A stretch of DNA of 11,657 nucleotides from a bacterium (GTDB lineage Bacteria; Sysuimicrobiota; Sysuimicrobiia; Sysuimicrobiales; Humicultoraceae). Of this stretch, positions 1-7,492 are shown piece after piece. The position numbers were made by a program, and so were the translations under genes. How positions within the stretch are numbered: the first letter of the stretch is position 1; every line of letters begins with the position of its first letter. The DNA lies in the NCBI GenBank assembly GCA_041497675.1, contig JBGQGY010000114.1:1-11657 (forward strand), given 5' to 3'. Below the pieces are notes generated by a model that did no database searches, was not told the DNA's origin, and worked only from the letters and a program-made list of their open reading frames with translations.

Positions 1-171
1 ACGGGCCAGCCGGCCGCGACGGTGCCCTGCGGGTTTTCATCCGACGGCCTGCCGATCGGCCTCCAAATCGTCGGGCGGCGCCTGGACGACGCGACAGTGC
101 TGCGCGCCTGTGCGGCCTTCGAGGCCGCCAGGCCGTGGACAGGGAAACGGCCGGCGCTGACCGCAGTCTGA
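1..171 (+). CDS. Amidase signature family protein (GatA-like amidase), C-terminal 56 aa only; 5' part lies outside the window
   Basis: Not in the ORF track. Frame +1 from base 1 reads TGQPAATVPCGFSSDGLPIGLQIVGRRLDDATVLRACAAFEAARPWTGKRPALTAV*, stop TGA at 169-171. The pattern G.PA.[ST]VP.G....GLP.GLQ.VG....D..VL..A.A.E...PW is the characteristic C-terminus of amidase-signature enzymes. Confidence 0.9.
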   Translation, partial: TGQPAATVPCGFSSDGLPIGLQIVGRRLDDATVLRACAAFEAARPWTGKRPALTAV

Positions 172-208
172 CCTGCAGGAACCTTCGGTCGACCCGCGAA
201 CGAACTGC

Positions 209-233
209 GGCACAGCATATGTATTGTGGCACA
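209..233. promoter_or_regulatory. AT-rich patch at the iclR start with an imperfect inverted repeat; candidate promoter/operator
   Basis: GGCACA-GCATATGTAT-TGTGGC (209-230) is an imperfect inverted repeat (CACA/TGTG core) around an AT-rich stretch in the 54-bp intergenic region. GGCACA recurs at 228-233. It overlaps the GTG start at 226, and there is no SD upstream of 226. Confidence 0.3.
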
Positions 234-1080
234 AGTGACTAACTCCTCCATCGCGGACCATTCGACGCGAAGACCCAATCGGGTCCAATCGCTGCGGAGG
301 GCGCTGGCAGTACTGCGGGCATTCGATGACGTGCAGCCAGAGCTGGGCATTACCGAGATTGCGCGCAAGGTCGGTCTCAGCAAGAGCATCGTGATGCGGC
401 TCGTGGCCACGCTTCGCGACGAGGACTTTCTCCAGCGCAGCCCCGGGAGCGACAAGTATCGGATTGGGCTGGCTGCGTTTGAGATCGGCAACCTGTACTA
501 CCTGAGTGCGTCGCTCCGCCGCGAAGCCGAGCCCATGCTGTTGGAACTGGCCGAACGATTCGGGCACAGCGCCTATCTTGGCACTCTCAGCGGCGACCGG
601 GCCATCTACGTCTCGGTGATCGAGGGACCCGGGCCGATACGCGTCGGACCTCGGATCGGGAGTTCCGCGCCGGCGCACACCACCGCCGCGGGCAAGGCGC
701 TGCTCGCCTACCAGGGTGCCGAAGAGATGGAACGATACTTCGCCACCGCCCACCTCACCCCCGAAACGCCGCGCAGCATCACCTCCAAAGCCGCGCTGCG
801 GGAAGAACTCGGGGCCGTGCGGGCGCAGGGCTTTGCGGTCAATCGCGGCGAGCACCTCAACGGTGTGGGATCGATTGGCTCGCCGATTTTCGACCGCCAC
901 GGCGCGGCGGTCGCATCGATCAGCGTATCGTTCCCGATGTACCTGGTCCCCGAGGATCGCTGGCCCGGGATCGCCGCCGCGGTCGTGGACACAGCGAAGG
1001 AGATCTCGCGGCGTCTGGGGACCGGACACACGGACACCATCAGGGAGGCGAAGCGCCATGGAACTGCTTCGAACGCTTGA
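226..1080 (+). CDS. IclR family transcriptional regulator (284 aa; GTG start uncertain, alternative GTG at 235)
   Basis: N-terminal wHTH VQSLRRALAVLRAF...LGITEIARKVGLSKSIVMRLVATL..EDFL...DKYRIG. C-terminal effector domain with the IclR signature PAHTTAAGKALLA and AVRAQGFAVNRGEHLNGVGSIGSPIFD...AVASISVS. Confidence 0.95.
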   Translation: MAQVTNSSIADHSTRRPNRVQSLRRALAVLRAFDDVQPELGITEIARKVGLSKSIVMRLVATLRDEDFLQRSPGSDKYRIGLAAFEIGNLYYLSASLRREAEPMLLELAERFGHSAYLGTLSGDRAIYVSVIEGPGPIRVGPRIGSSAPAHTTAAGKALLAYQGAEEMERYFATAHLTPETPRSITSKAALREELGAVRAQGFAVNRGEHLNGVGSIGSPIFDRHGAAVASISVSFPMYLVPEDRWPGIAAAVVDTAKEISRRLGTGHTDTIREAKRHGTASNA

Positions 1081-1750
1081 GCAAAAAGTCGATCCAGCCC
1101 GCGCCGCCGTCGTCACGGTCGACGTGCAAAACGACTTCTTCCACAACGACGGCTACCTCGGCAAACTTGGGGCACCCATGAAGCTGGTCCAGGACATGGC
1201 GCCGCGGCTCAACCAGTTTCTCAACGCGGCGCGGCAGCACGGTGTCCGGGTGATCCACGTGATCTCGTGGCACGATGAGCAGTACGCGTCCCCGGTCGTC
1301 ACCGAGCAAAAACTCCGCCATGGGCATCGGATGGAGCTCAACGGCCGCCAATTGAAGGATGCAGCCTACTGCCTCCGCGGTACCTGGGGCGCCGACTTCT
1401 ACGGGATCGACGCGCGGCCGGGGGAGGAGATCGTCATCAAACACCGCTACGGGTCGTTTACGGGGACCAATCTGGATCTCATCCTCCGCAGTCAAGGGAT
1501 TCAGACCGTTATCCTGACCGGTGCGGCCACGAACGTGTGCGTCGAATCCACCGCGCGCGAAGTCTACATGCACGACTACTATCTCGTCTTCGTCGGCGAC
1601 TGCACCGCCACCATGTCTCAAGAGGCCCACGACTACACGCTCAAGATGATTGATACCTACTTCGGTCAGGTGGCGGGCTCCGACGACATCATGAAAGCCT
1701 GGGGCGTGACCGCGGTGCCGGCGCAAGTCGGCGGGCGCGCAGCGCGGTAA
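1058..1750 (+). CDS. Isochorismatase-family cysteine hydrolase (amidohydrolase, RutB-like), 230 aa
   Basis: The real start is most likely ATG 1058, with SD AGGGAGG at 1042-1048 inside the iclR 3' end (23-nt overlap), rather than 716. The Asp-Lys-Cys triad motifs are present: VDVQNDF, IKHRYGSF, GAATNVCVESTAR; also C..GTWGA.F and VGDCTAT. Confidence 0.92.
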   Translation: MELLRTLEQKVDPARAAVVTVDVQNDFFHNDGYLGKLGAPMKLVQDMAPRLNQFLNAARQHGVRVIHVISWHDEQYASPVVTEQKLRHGHRMELNGRQLKDAAYCLRGTWGADFYGIDARPGEEIVIKHRYGSFTGTNLDLILRSQGIQTVILTGAATNVCVESTAREVYMHDYYLVFVGDCTATMSQEAHDYTLKMIDTYFGQVAGSDDIMKAWGVTAVPAQVGGRAAR

Positions 1751-1765
1751 CCGATTCGGGGCCGC

Positions 1766-2644
1766 ATGGCAGAGTTTCTCAGTCAGGTGATCTTTGGCCT
1801 GGCCATCGGGTCGATTTACAGCCTGATCGCCATCGGGTTCAGCATGATCTTCCGAGCCACGGGTCTGCTGCACTTTGCCCACCCCGACCTGATGATGATC
1901 GGCGCGATGATCGGGTACACGGTGGCCACGCGCACCCACGCGCCACTGCTGGGCGTGTTCATCGTGGCCGGGGCCGGCGTGGCCATTCTTTCGGCCGCTA
2001 TCGATCGCATTGGTTTCCGCCCCATGCGCCGCAAGGGCGCGCTGGTGAACCTCATCATCGCCACCATCGGCTGGAGCATTGTCCTGGTCAACGTCGCAAT
2101 CTTCATCTGGGGGATTGAGCCGCTGGCGTACCCACAGCAATACCTCCCGCGGGGCCGGCAGATCGGCGGCCTGGTGATCGTGCCGCAAAACCTCGTGATG
2201 CTGGGCGTGGGCGCCGTGGTCATGCTCGCGCTGCAGGCCTTCTTCACACGAACGCGGATCGGCCAGGCGATGCGCGCGACGGCCGAAAACCCGGTCGCCG
2301 CGCAGTTGATGGGCATCCGGGTCGAACGGATGATGTCCCTCACGTTCCTCGTGAGCGGCTTCCTCGCGGGCGGGGCGGGTGTCCTGATCGCGACGATCGT
2401 CTATGCGAACTTCGACCTCGGGCTGATCGGCATCAAGAGCTTTGCCGCTGCGGTCCTTGGAGGCTTCGGTCAGATCGGCGGCGCGATGGCCGGGGGGCTG
2501 GTCCTGGGGCTCATCGAGGCGTTGGGCGCGTTCTACATCTCCTCGGCGTTCAAGGATCTGATTGCGTACACCCTGCTCATCCTCGTCTTGCTCCTGCGAC
2601 CGACGGGTCTGTTCGGCAGTGGGCGGGGCCGGCCCGACGCATGA
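1766..2644 (+). CDS. livH: HAAT (branched-chain amino acid-type) ABC transporter permease, LivH family
   Basis: Hydrophobic 292-aa protein with GLAIGSIYSLIAIGFSMIF, HFAHPDLMMIG, TRIGQAMRATAENPVAAQLMGI and KSFAAAVLGGFG.I.GA..GGLVLG..E, all LivH-family motifs. The symbol denotes family only, not the substrate. Confidence 0.92.
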   Translation: MAEFLSQVIFGLAIGSIYSLIAIGFSMIFRATGLLHFAHPDLMMIGAMIGYTVATRTHAPLLGVFIVAGAGVAILSAAIDRIGFRPMRRKGALVNLIIATIGWSIVLVNVAIFIWGIEPLAYPQQYLPRGRQIGGLVIVPQNLVMLGVGAVVMLALQAFFTRTRIGQAMRATAENPVAAQLMGIRVERMMSLTFLVSGFLAGGAGVLIATIVYANFDLGLIGIKSFAAAVLGGFGQIGGAMAGGLVLGLIEALGAFYISSAFKDLIAYTLLILVLLLRPTGLFGSGRGRPDA

Positions 2645-3609
2645 CGGTCTCCTGGCTCCAACCCTTCTGGACGCCTGCTCGGGTCGCGGTCATCCTGGCC
2701 GCCGCGGTCCTGCCGGTGGTGATCGGCCACAACCCGTACTATCTGCTCGTCGCGGCGACCATCTTGATCTTCAGCATGCTTGCCGCCGGGTTGCAACTCG
2801 TGTTGGGGTTTGGCGGTATCCTGCAACTCGGCTATGCGGGGTTCTTCGGGTTGGGCGCATACGCGTCGGCGCTGGTCACCACGCGTTTGGGTTACCCATT
2901 CCTCGTGGGGTTTGTGGCGGCCATTGGCGCGGCCACATTGGGCGGCGCCATCATGAGTCCGATCATCCGTCTGCGCGACGTCTACTTTGCGATGGCGTCG
3001 TTTGTGTTCGGGTTGATCCTCGAACTCGTCTTCAACCAATGGTCGAGCGTGACGAACGGGCCGATCGGCTTCAGGGGTATCCCGACGCCTGTGGTCTTTG
3101 GATGGACGATCCACCAGCCTGAGCACTTTTACTACCTGCTCGTGTGCGTGCTGCTCGCGCAGTACTGGCTCATGTTTCGCGTGCTCCAGTCGCCCTTCGG
3201 CACGGCCCTCCAGGCGATGCGCGAGCGCGAGGTGGCGTGCCGGACGTCCGGGCTCAACACAGCGGCGATCAAAATCAGATTGATCCTCATCAGCTCAGCC
3301 ATCGCGGGGGCTGCGGGTAGCCTGCTCGCGCACATGAACGGATTCATCAGCCCGCCGTCGTTCGGGTGGGCCCAATCGGTCACCCTGCTGATGATGGTAG
3401 TGGTCGGCGGCCTCCGGTCGCTGCCGGGCGCCCTACTCGGCGCTGCCACCATCCGGCTCGTGCTCGAGCGGACGAGCATCCTCGGTCGTCAGAGCAACAT
3501 CGTCTTTGGCATCGCGCTCATTCTCTTCATGGCCTTCCTGCCCAACGGGCTGGCAGGTCTTGCGCGATGGCGAACCAGGCAGGTGCAGGATGCCCGTGCC
3601 GGCGCTTGA
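2641..3609 (+). CDS. livM: HAAT ABC transporter permease, LivM family
   Basis: ATGA overlap with the livH stop. Motifs GLQLVLGFGGILQLGYAGFFGLGAY, RLRDVYFAMAS, VTNGPIG..GIP, SPFG.ALQAMRE.E.A...SG.N and MVVVGG..SL.GA..GA. Confidence 0.92.
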   Translation: MTVSWLQPFWTPARVAVILAAAVLPVVIGHNPYYLLVAATILIFSMLAAGLQLVLGFGGILQLGYAGFFGLGAYASALVTTRLGYPFLVGFVAAIGAATLGGAIMSPIIRLRDVYFAMASFVFGLILELVFNQWSSVTNGPIGFRGIPTPVVFGWTIHQPEHFYYLLVCVLLAQYWLMFRVLQSPFGTALQAMREREVACRTSGLNTAAIKIRLILISSAIAGAAGSLLAHMNGFISPPSFGWAQSVTLLMMVVVGGLRSLPGALLGAATIRLVLERTSILGRQSNIVFGIALILFMAFLPNGLAGLARWRTRQVQDARAGA

Positions 3610-4357
3610 GACCAAAGCCGTGAGTAAACGGTTCATCGGGCTGGTCGCCCTCGATGAGGTCAACCTCGCGGTCGAGGATGGGGAAATTCGCGCCATCGTC
3701 GGGCCGAATGGCGCCGGCAAGACGACCCTGTTCAATCTGATCAGCGGGCTCTACCCGGTAAGCGCCGGTCGCGTCCTCTTGCAGGATGTCGACATCACCC
3801 GCTGGCCCGCGCACGCGCGGGCGTCGTCCGGGCTCGGGCGAACGTACCAGACGCCCCAGATCTTTCCGGATTTGAACCTCTTCGACAACGTCGCCATCGG
3901 GGGCGCCGCCTGGTGGGCGCCAACGCTCCGTGAAGCGATGATCGGTTCGGGGGGCTGGCGCCGCCAGATCATCGCGGAAGCCGAGGCGGTCCTGGAGTTT
4001 TGTGGGCTCCCGGCGATGTTGCACCGGCGCGCCGGCGATCTGCCGTTCGTGATGCAGAAACGGCTGGAGCTGGCGCGGGTGCTGATGGGAAAGCCGCGCG
4101 TGGTGTTGCTTGATGAGCCTGCCGCCGGGTTGAACTCGGTCGAGGTGCGCGCGCTGGACGATCTCATCCGTGCGGTGCGTGACCGGCAGATCACGGTCGT
4201 GTTGATCGAGCACAACATGCGGCTCGTCATGGGACTCTGCGACCGTGTCACGGTCCTGGACTTCGGCCGTCGGATCGCGGACGGCACACCCGAGCAGGTG
4301 CGCGCGGACGCGCGGGTCATCGAGGCGTACCTGGGGACGTCGCGTGCTGATCTGTGA
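3590..4357 (+). CDS. livG: HAAT ABC transporter ATP-binding protein, LivG family (255 aa)
   Basis: Start assigned to ATG 3590 (20-nt overlap with livM) rather than 3506. Walker A GPNGAGKTT, GLGRTYQ Q-loop, Walker B VVLLDEPAAGLN, H-loop LIEHNM, C-terminal V..D.RVIEAYLG. Confidence 0.92.
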   Translation: MPVPALETKAVSKRFIGLVALDEVNLAVEDGEIRAIVGPNGAGKTTLFNLISGLYPVSAGRVLLQDVDITRWPAHARASSGLGRTYQTPQIFPDLNLFDNVAIGGAAWWAPTLREAMIGSGGWRRQIIAEAEAVLEFCGLPAMLHRRAGDLPFVMQKRLELARVLMGKPRVVLLDEPAAGLNSVEVRALDDLIRAVRDRQITVVLIEHNMRLVMGLCDRVTVLDFGRRIADGTPEQVRADARVIEAYLGTSRADL

Positions 4358-5045
4358 GCACCTGTCCGTCCGATACGGGGCCGTTCCGGCGCTGCGGGAT
4401 GTCTCGCTCACCGTCCGTCCCGACGAACTCGTCGCCCTCATCGGCCCTAACGGCGCCGGCAAGACGACGGCGCTGATGGCGATCGCCGGGGTGCTTCGGC
4501 CTGAGCGCGGGCAGGTGTCGTTTGGCGGCCGGCCGCTCACCGGGCTCGACCCGGCGGACATCGTTGCCTGCGGGATCGCGCTGGTGCCCCAGGGCCGAAT
4601 GATCTTCCAGTCCTTGACGGTACGCGAAAACCTGCGGATGGGAGCGTTCCGCGTGAGCGACCCCTCGGTCGTGCGCGGCAGACAGGAGACCGTGCTCGAC
4701 GTGTTCCCGGCGCTCAAACACCGCTTGGACCAGTTCGGTGGCACGCTGTCGGGGGGTGAGCAGCAGATGTTGGCCATTGCCCGCGCCCTGATGTCCGAGC
4801 CGTCACTCCTGCTGCTCGACGAACCGTCCACCGGTTTGGCCCCAAAGCTGATCGAGTCGATCTTCACCACGCTACTCGACCTACACCGCCGGGGCACGAT
4901 GATGTTGCTCGTGGAGCAGAATGCCCGGGTCGCGTTGAGTCTGGCGACACGGGGCTATGTCTTGGAGACCGGCGCGATCGTGGCCGAGGGGCCGGCACTA
5001 GCGCTGCGCACGGATGCACGACTCGTTGAAGCCTACCTGGGCTGA
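4344..5045 (+). CDS. livF: HAAT ABC transporter ATP-binding protein, LivF family (233 aa)
   Basis: Start assigned to GTG 4344 (14-nt overlap with livG) rather than 4245. Walker A GPNGAGKTT, signature LSGGEQQMLAIARALM, Walker B LLLLDEPSTGLAP, LivF-typical LLVEQNA, C-terminal EAYLG. Confidence 0.92.
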   Translation: MLICEHLSVRYGAVPALRDVSLTVRPDELVALIGPNGAGKTTALMAIAGVLRPERGQVSFGGRPLTGLDPADIVACGIALVPQGRMIFQSLTVRENLRMGAFRVSDPSVVRGRQETVLDVFPALKHRLDQFGGTLSGGEQQMLAIARALMSEPSLLLLDEPSTGLAPKLIESIFTTLLDLHRRGTMMLLVEQNARVALSLATRGYVLETGAIVAEGPALALRTDARLVEAYLG

Positions 5046-5075
5046 AGACGGGACGCTGAGAAGGGGGGACGAACG

Positions 5076-6257
5076 ATGCAACGACGCAGCAAGGTTATGC
5101 GGATGGCGGGAGGATGGGTGCTTGCAGTCGTCGTCGTGGCGCTGGTTGCGGCGATGCCCGTAGCGTACTCTGCGCCCGCGGAGCCCATTAAGTTCGGATT
5201 CTCGGCGCCGCTGACGTCGCCGATCGCCTTCGCCGCAGTACGGGCGAGAAATGGCACCGAATACGCGGCGGAGCAACTCAACGCGAAGGGCGGGCTGATG
5301 GGCCGGAGGGTCGAGGTGCTCTACGGGGACACTCGATTGGACCCCAACGAGGCCATCAACATCGCCCGGCGCTATACGTTGCAGGAGAACGTCCGCGCCT
5401 ACTTCGGTGACTTCACCAGCAGCGGCACGCTGGCCATCATCGACATGATCGCCCGGGCCAACATCCCGCAGATCACATACACCAACGCCATCAAGATCAC
5501 CCGCTCAGGATACAAACACGTCATCAACCTCAAGCCGAACTCCGATCATCTGACGGCCGCCGCCCTGGACTATGCCGTGCGCGTGCGCGGCTACAAGCGT
5601 ATGGCGATCATGGAGCTGGATGACGAGTATGGCAAGGGTAACATCGACGCGATCGAGCGGTACATCAAACGGTACGGCGGCGCCGAGATCGTAGGGCGCG
5701 AATCGTATCGTCTTGACGCGAAGGAGTTTCGGCCCTTGTTGAGCAAACTCGCCGGGCTCAAACCCGACGCCATCATCCTGACTGGGTCGCTGGCTGATAC
5801 GGCATTGATCGTCAAACAGTACGGCGAACTCGGTCTCAAGATCGCGCTGGTCGGCGGTGGTGGGCATTCCAGCCGGGCCTTCCGAAACATCGCGGGGGCC
5901 GCGTCGGACGGCATGATCGTGGCGCCGGCCTACTGGCCCGACTACTTCAAGAACAAGGAAGCGGCGGATTTCGAGGTCGCATACAACGCCCGGTACGGCG
6001 CGCTCGCGGGCGACGAATGGTCGACATTTGCCTACGACGCGGTCATGATCGTCGCCGCCGCCATGGAAAAGGCCGGAACGGTAGATGGCGCCCGCGCCGT
6101 GCCCGAAATGTTCAAACTGGGGGCGATCCGCGGAGCCTCCGGGACGTACACCATCACCCCAAACGGCGAGATCGACACCGTCGTCTTCGTCGGATACTGG
6201 ACATCCGACGGCACCGTGAAGATCATCCGCGGCTGGAAGCCGCCGAAGTTGAACTGA
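5076..6257 (+). CDS. ABC transporter substrate-binding protein, LivJ/LivK-like (periplasmic binding protein type I), 393 aa
   Basis: Purine-rich SD region (GAGAAGGGGGGA, about 5058-5069). Sec-type signal peptide (basic MQRRSK, hydrophobic VLAVVVVALVAAM, AYS/A cleavage, no lipobox Cys). IKFG..APLT, NAKGG.MGR.VE..YGDT, DDEYG and AYDAV motifs of Leu/Ile/Val-binding-like proteins. Confidence 0.9.
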   Translation: MQRRSKVMRMAGGWVLAVVVVALVAAMPVAYSAPAEPIKFGFSAPLTSPIAFAAVRARNGTEYAAEQLNAKGGLMGRRVEVLYGDTRLDPNEAINIARRYTLQENVRAYFGDFTSSGTLAIIDMIARANIPQITYTNAIKITRSGYKHVINLKPNSDHLTAAALDYAVRVRGYKRMAIMELDDEYGKGNIDAIERYIKRYGGAEIVGRESYRLDAKEFRPLLSKLAGLKPDAIILTGSLADTALIVKQYGELGLKIALVGGGGHSSRAFRNIAGAASDGMIVAPAYWPDYFKNKEAADFEVAYNARYGALAGDEWSTFAYDAVMIVAAAMEKAGTVDGARAVPEMFKLGAIRGASGTYTITPNGEIDTVVFVGYWTSDGTVKIIRGWKPPKLN

Positions 6258-6282
6258 CCGCTCAATCAACTGGAGGCACTCG

Positions 6283-7482
6283 ATGCTGCTGAACGTCGCA
6301 CGGGCGCAGGCAGTGCTGGCCGAAGCGCATCTTGATGCGCTTCTCGCCACCACGCAGGAAAATGTCTTCTACACGACGGGCATCTTGAACACCAATAGCT
6401 TCGTGTTGCCGAGGATGGTGCAGGGTTACGCGCTGCTCCCAGCCGACCGGCTGTCGCATCCCACAGTGGTCATGAGCGTCGGAGATGCGGATCAGTTCCT
6501 GGCAGCGTTTCCCGGCGTCGATTCACTCGTGTGCTTCGGCACGTTCTATCGGGAGCAACCACACCCCGAGGTCCTCACCGACGGCGAGCGGCGGGTGGCG
6601 GCGCTCACGACCGAGGATCGACGTCATCCGGGGCCGGCCGAGGCGCTCGCCGCCGCGATCCGCGAGGCCGGTCTGACCCAAGCGGCGATCGGCATCGATG
6701 AAGAAGGCATCCAGCCCGCGATCCGCGCGCAGGTCGCCGCCCACTTGCCCGATGTGCGCTTTGCCGACGCCGCGCACACGTTTCGAACGATCCGCATGAT
6801 CAAGACCGCCGGTGAGATCGAACGGCTGGCGCGGGCGCAGCTCGCGTGCGAAGCGGGGATCAAGGCGGTCGCCGCCATGGCGCGCGCGGGGGTCACAGAG
6901 CGCGAGATGGTCGATGCGTACGGCATCGGCGTCATACGGGGTGGCGGCCGCCCGACCTTCGCCCTCATCCGCACGGGTCGCAACGCCGCCCTCGGCCAGC
7001 TGCCGGCGGACGACACGAAGCTCAAGAAAGGCGACCATGTCTGGTTCGACGTCGGCGCCCGCGTCGACGGGTATCATGCGGATCTGGCACGCATCCTCGT
7101 CTTGGGGCAGCCGTCGAAAAAACTGCGCGACTACTATGGGGCCGTCCTGCGCGGTGAGGAACACGCGTTCGCCGTCACACGTCCGGGGATCAGCGCCGCC
7201 CGTATCTTCCACGAGACGGTCGACACGGTGCGCGCGTCAGGTCTCCCGCACTACCGGCGCCACCATGTGGGCCACTGCATCGGCGTCGAAGTGTACGATC
7301 CACCGGTATTGAACGCCTCGAGCCAGACACCGATCGAGGCGGGCATGGTCGTCAACATCGAGACCCCGTACTACGAGCTTGGGTGGGGCGCCGTCCATGT
7401 CGAGGACCCGTATCTCGTGGGGGCGGATGGCCGCAATACGTGGCTGACGACGATGAGTCGTGATCTGATCATCGTGGAATGA
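6283..7482 (+). CDS. M24 family (pita-bread fold) metallohydrolase with N-terminal creatinase/prolidase domain; annotated-type 'Xaa-Pro peptidase' but substrate uncertain
   Basis: SD GGAGG at 6272-6276. N-domain LDALLAT..ENVFY.TG and linker IRMIKTAGEIERL. Five metal-ligand motifs are recognisable: WFDVG, GYHADLAR, VGHCIG, NIETP, HVEDP. Confidence 0.9.
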   Translation: MLLNVARAQAVLAEAHLDALLATTQENVFYTTGILNTNSFVLPRMVQGYALLPADRLSHPTVVMSVGDADQFLAAFPGVDSLVCFGTFYREQPHPEVLTDGERRVAALTTEDRRHPGPAEALAAAIREAGLTQAAIGIDEEGIQPAIRAQVAAHLPDVRFADAAHTFRTIRMIKTAGEIERLARAQLACEAGIKAVAAMARAGVTEREMVDAYGIGVIRGGGRPTFALIRTGRNAALGQLPADDTKLKKGDHVWFDVGARVDGYHADLARILVLGQPSKKLRDYYGAVLRGEEHAFAVTRPGISAARIFHETVDTVRASGLPHYRRHHVGHCIGVEVYDPPVLNASSQTPIEAGMVVNIETPYYELGWGAVHVEDPYLVGADGRNTWLTTMSRDLIIVE

Positions 7483-7492
7483 GGTGCCAGGG

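Noticed and set aside
37..249. Possible small - strand ORF (TTG at 234) preceded by GGAGGAG at 249-243
   Set aside because: It would lie antisense to both the amidase C-terminus and the iclR start, and the peptide has no recognisable features. The SD-like run is explained by the Asn-Ser-Ser codons of iclR.
716..1057. N-terminal extension of the cysteine hydrolase overlapping iclR (same issue for livG from 3506 and livF from 4245)
   Set aside because: Off-frame low-complexity translation. A good SD and ATG at 1058 coincide with the start of the recognisable domain; 3590 and 4344 likewise coincide with domain starts.
5076..5110. Twin-arginine (Tat) signal in the binding protein (MQRRSK)
   Set aside because: It lacks the S/T-R-R-x-F-L consensus and reads as an ordinary Sec n-region.
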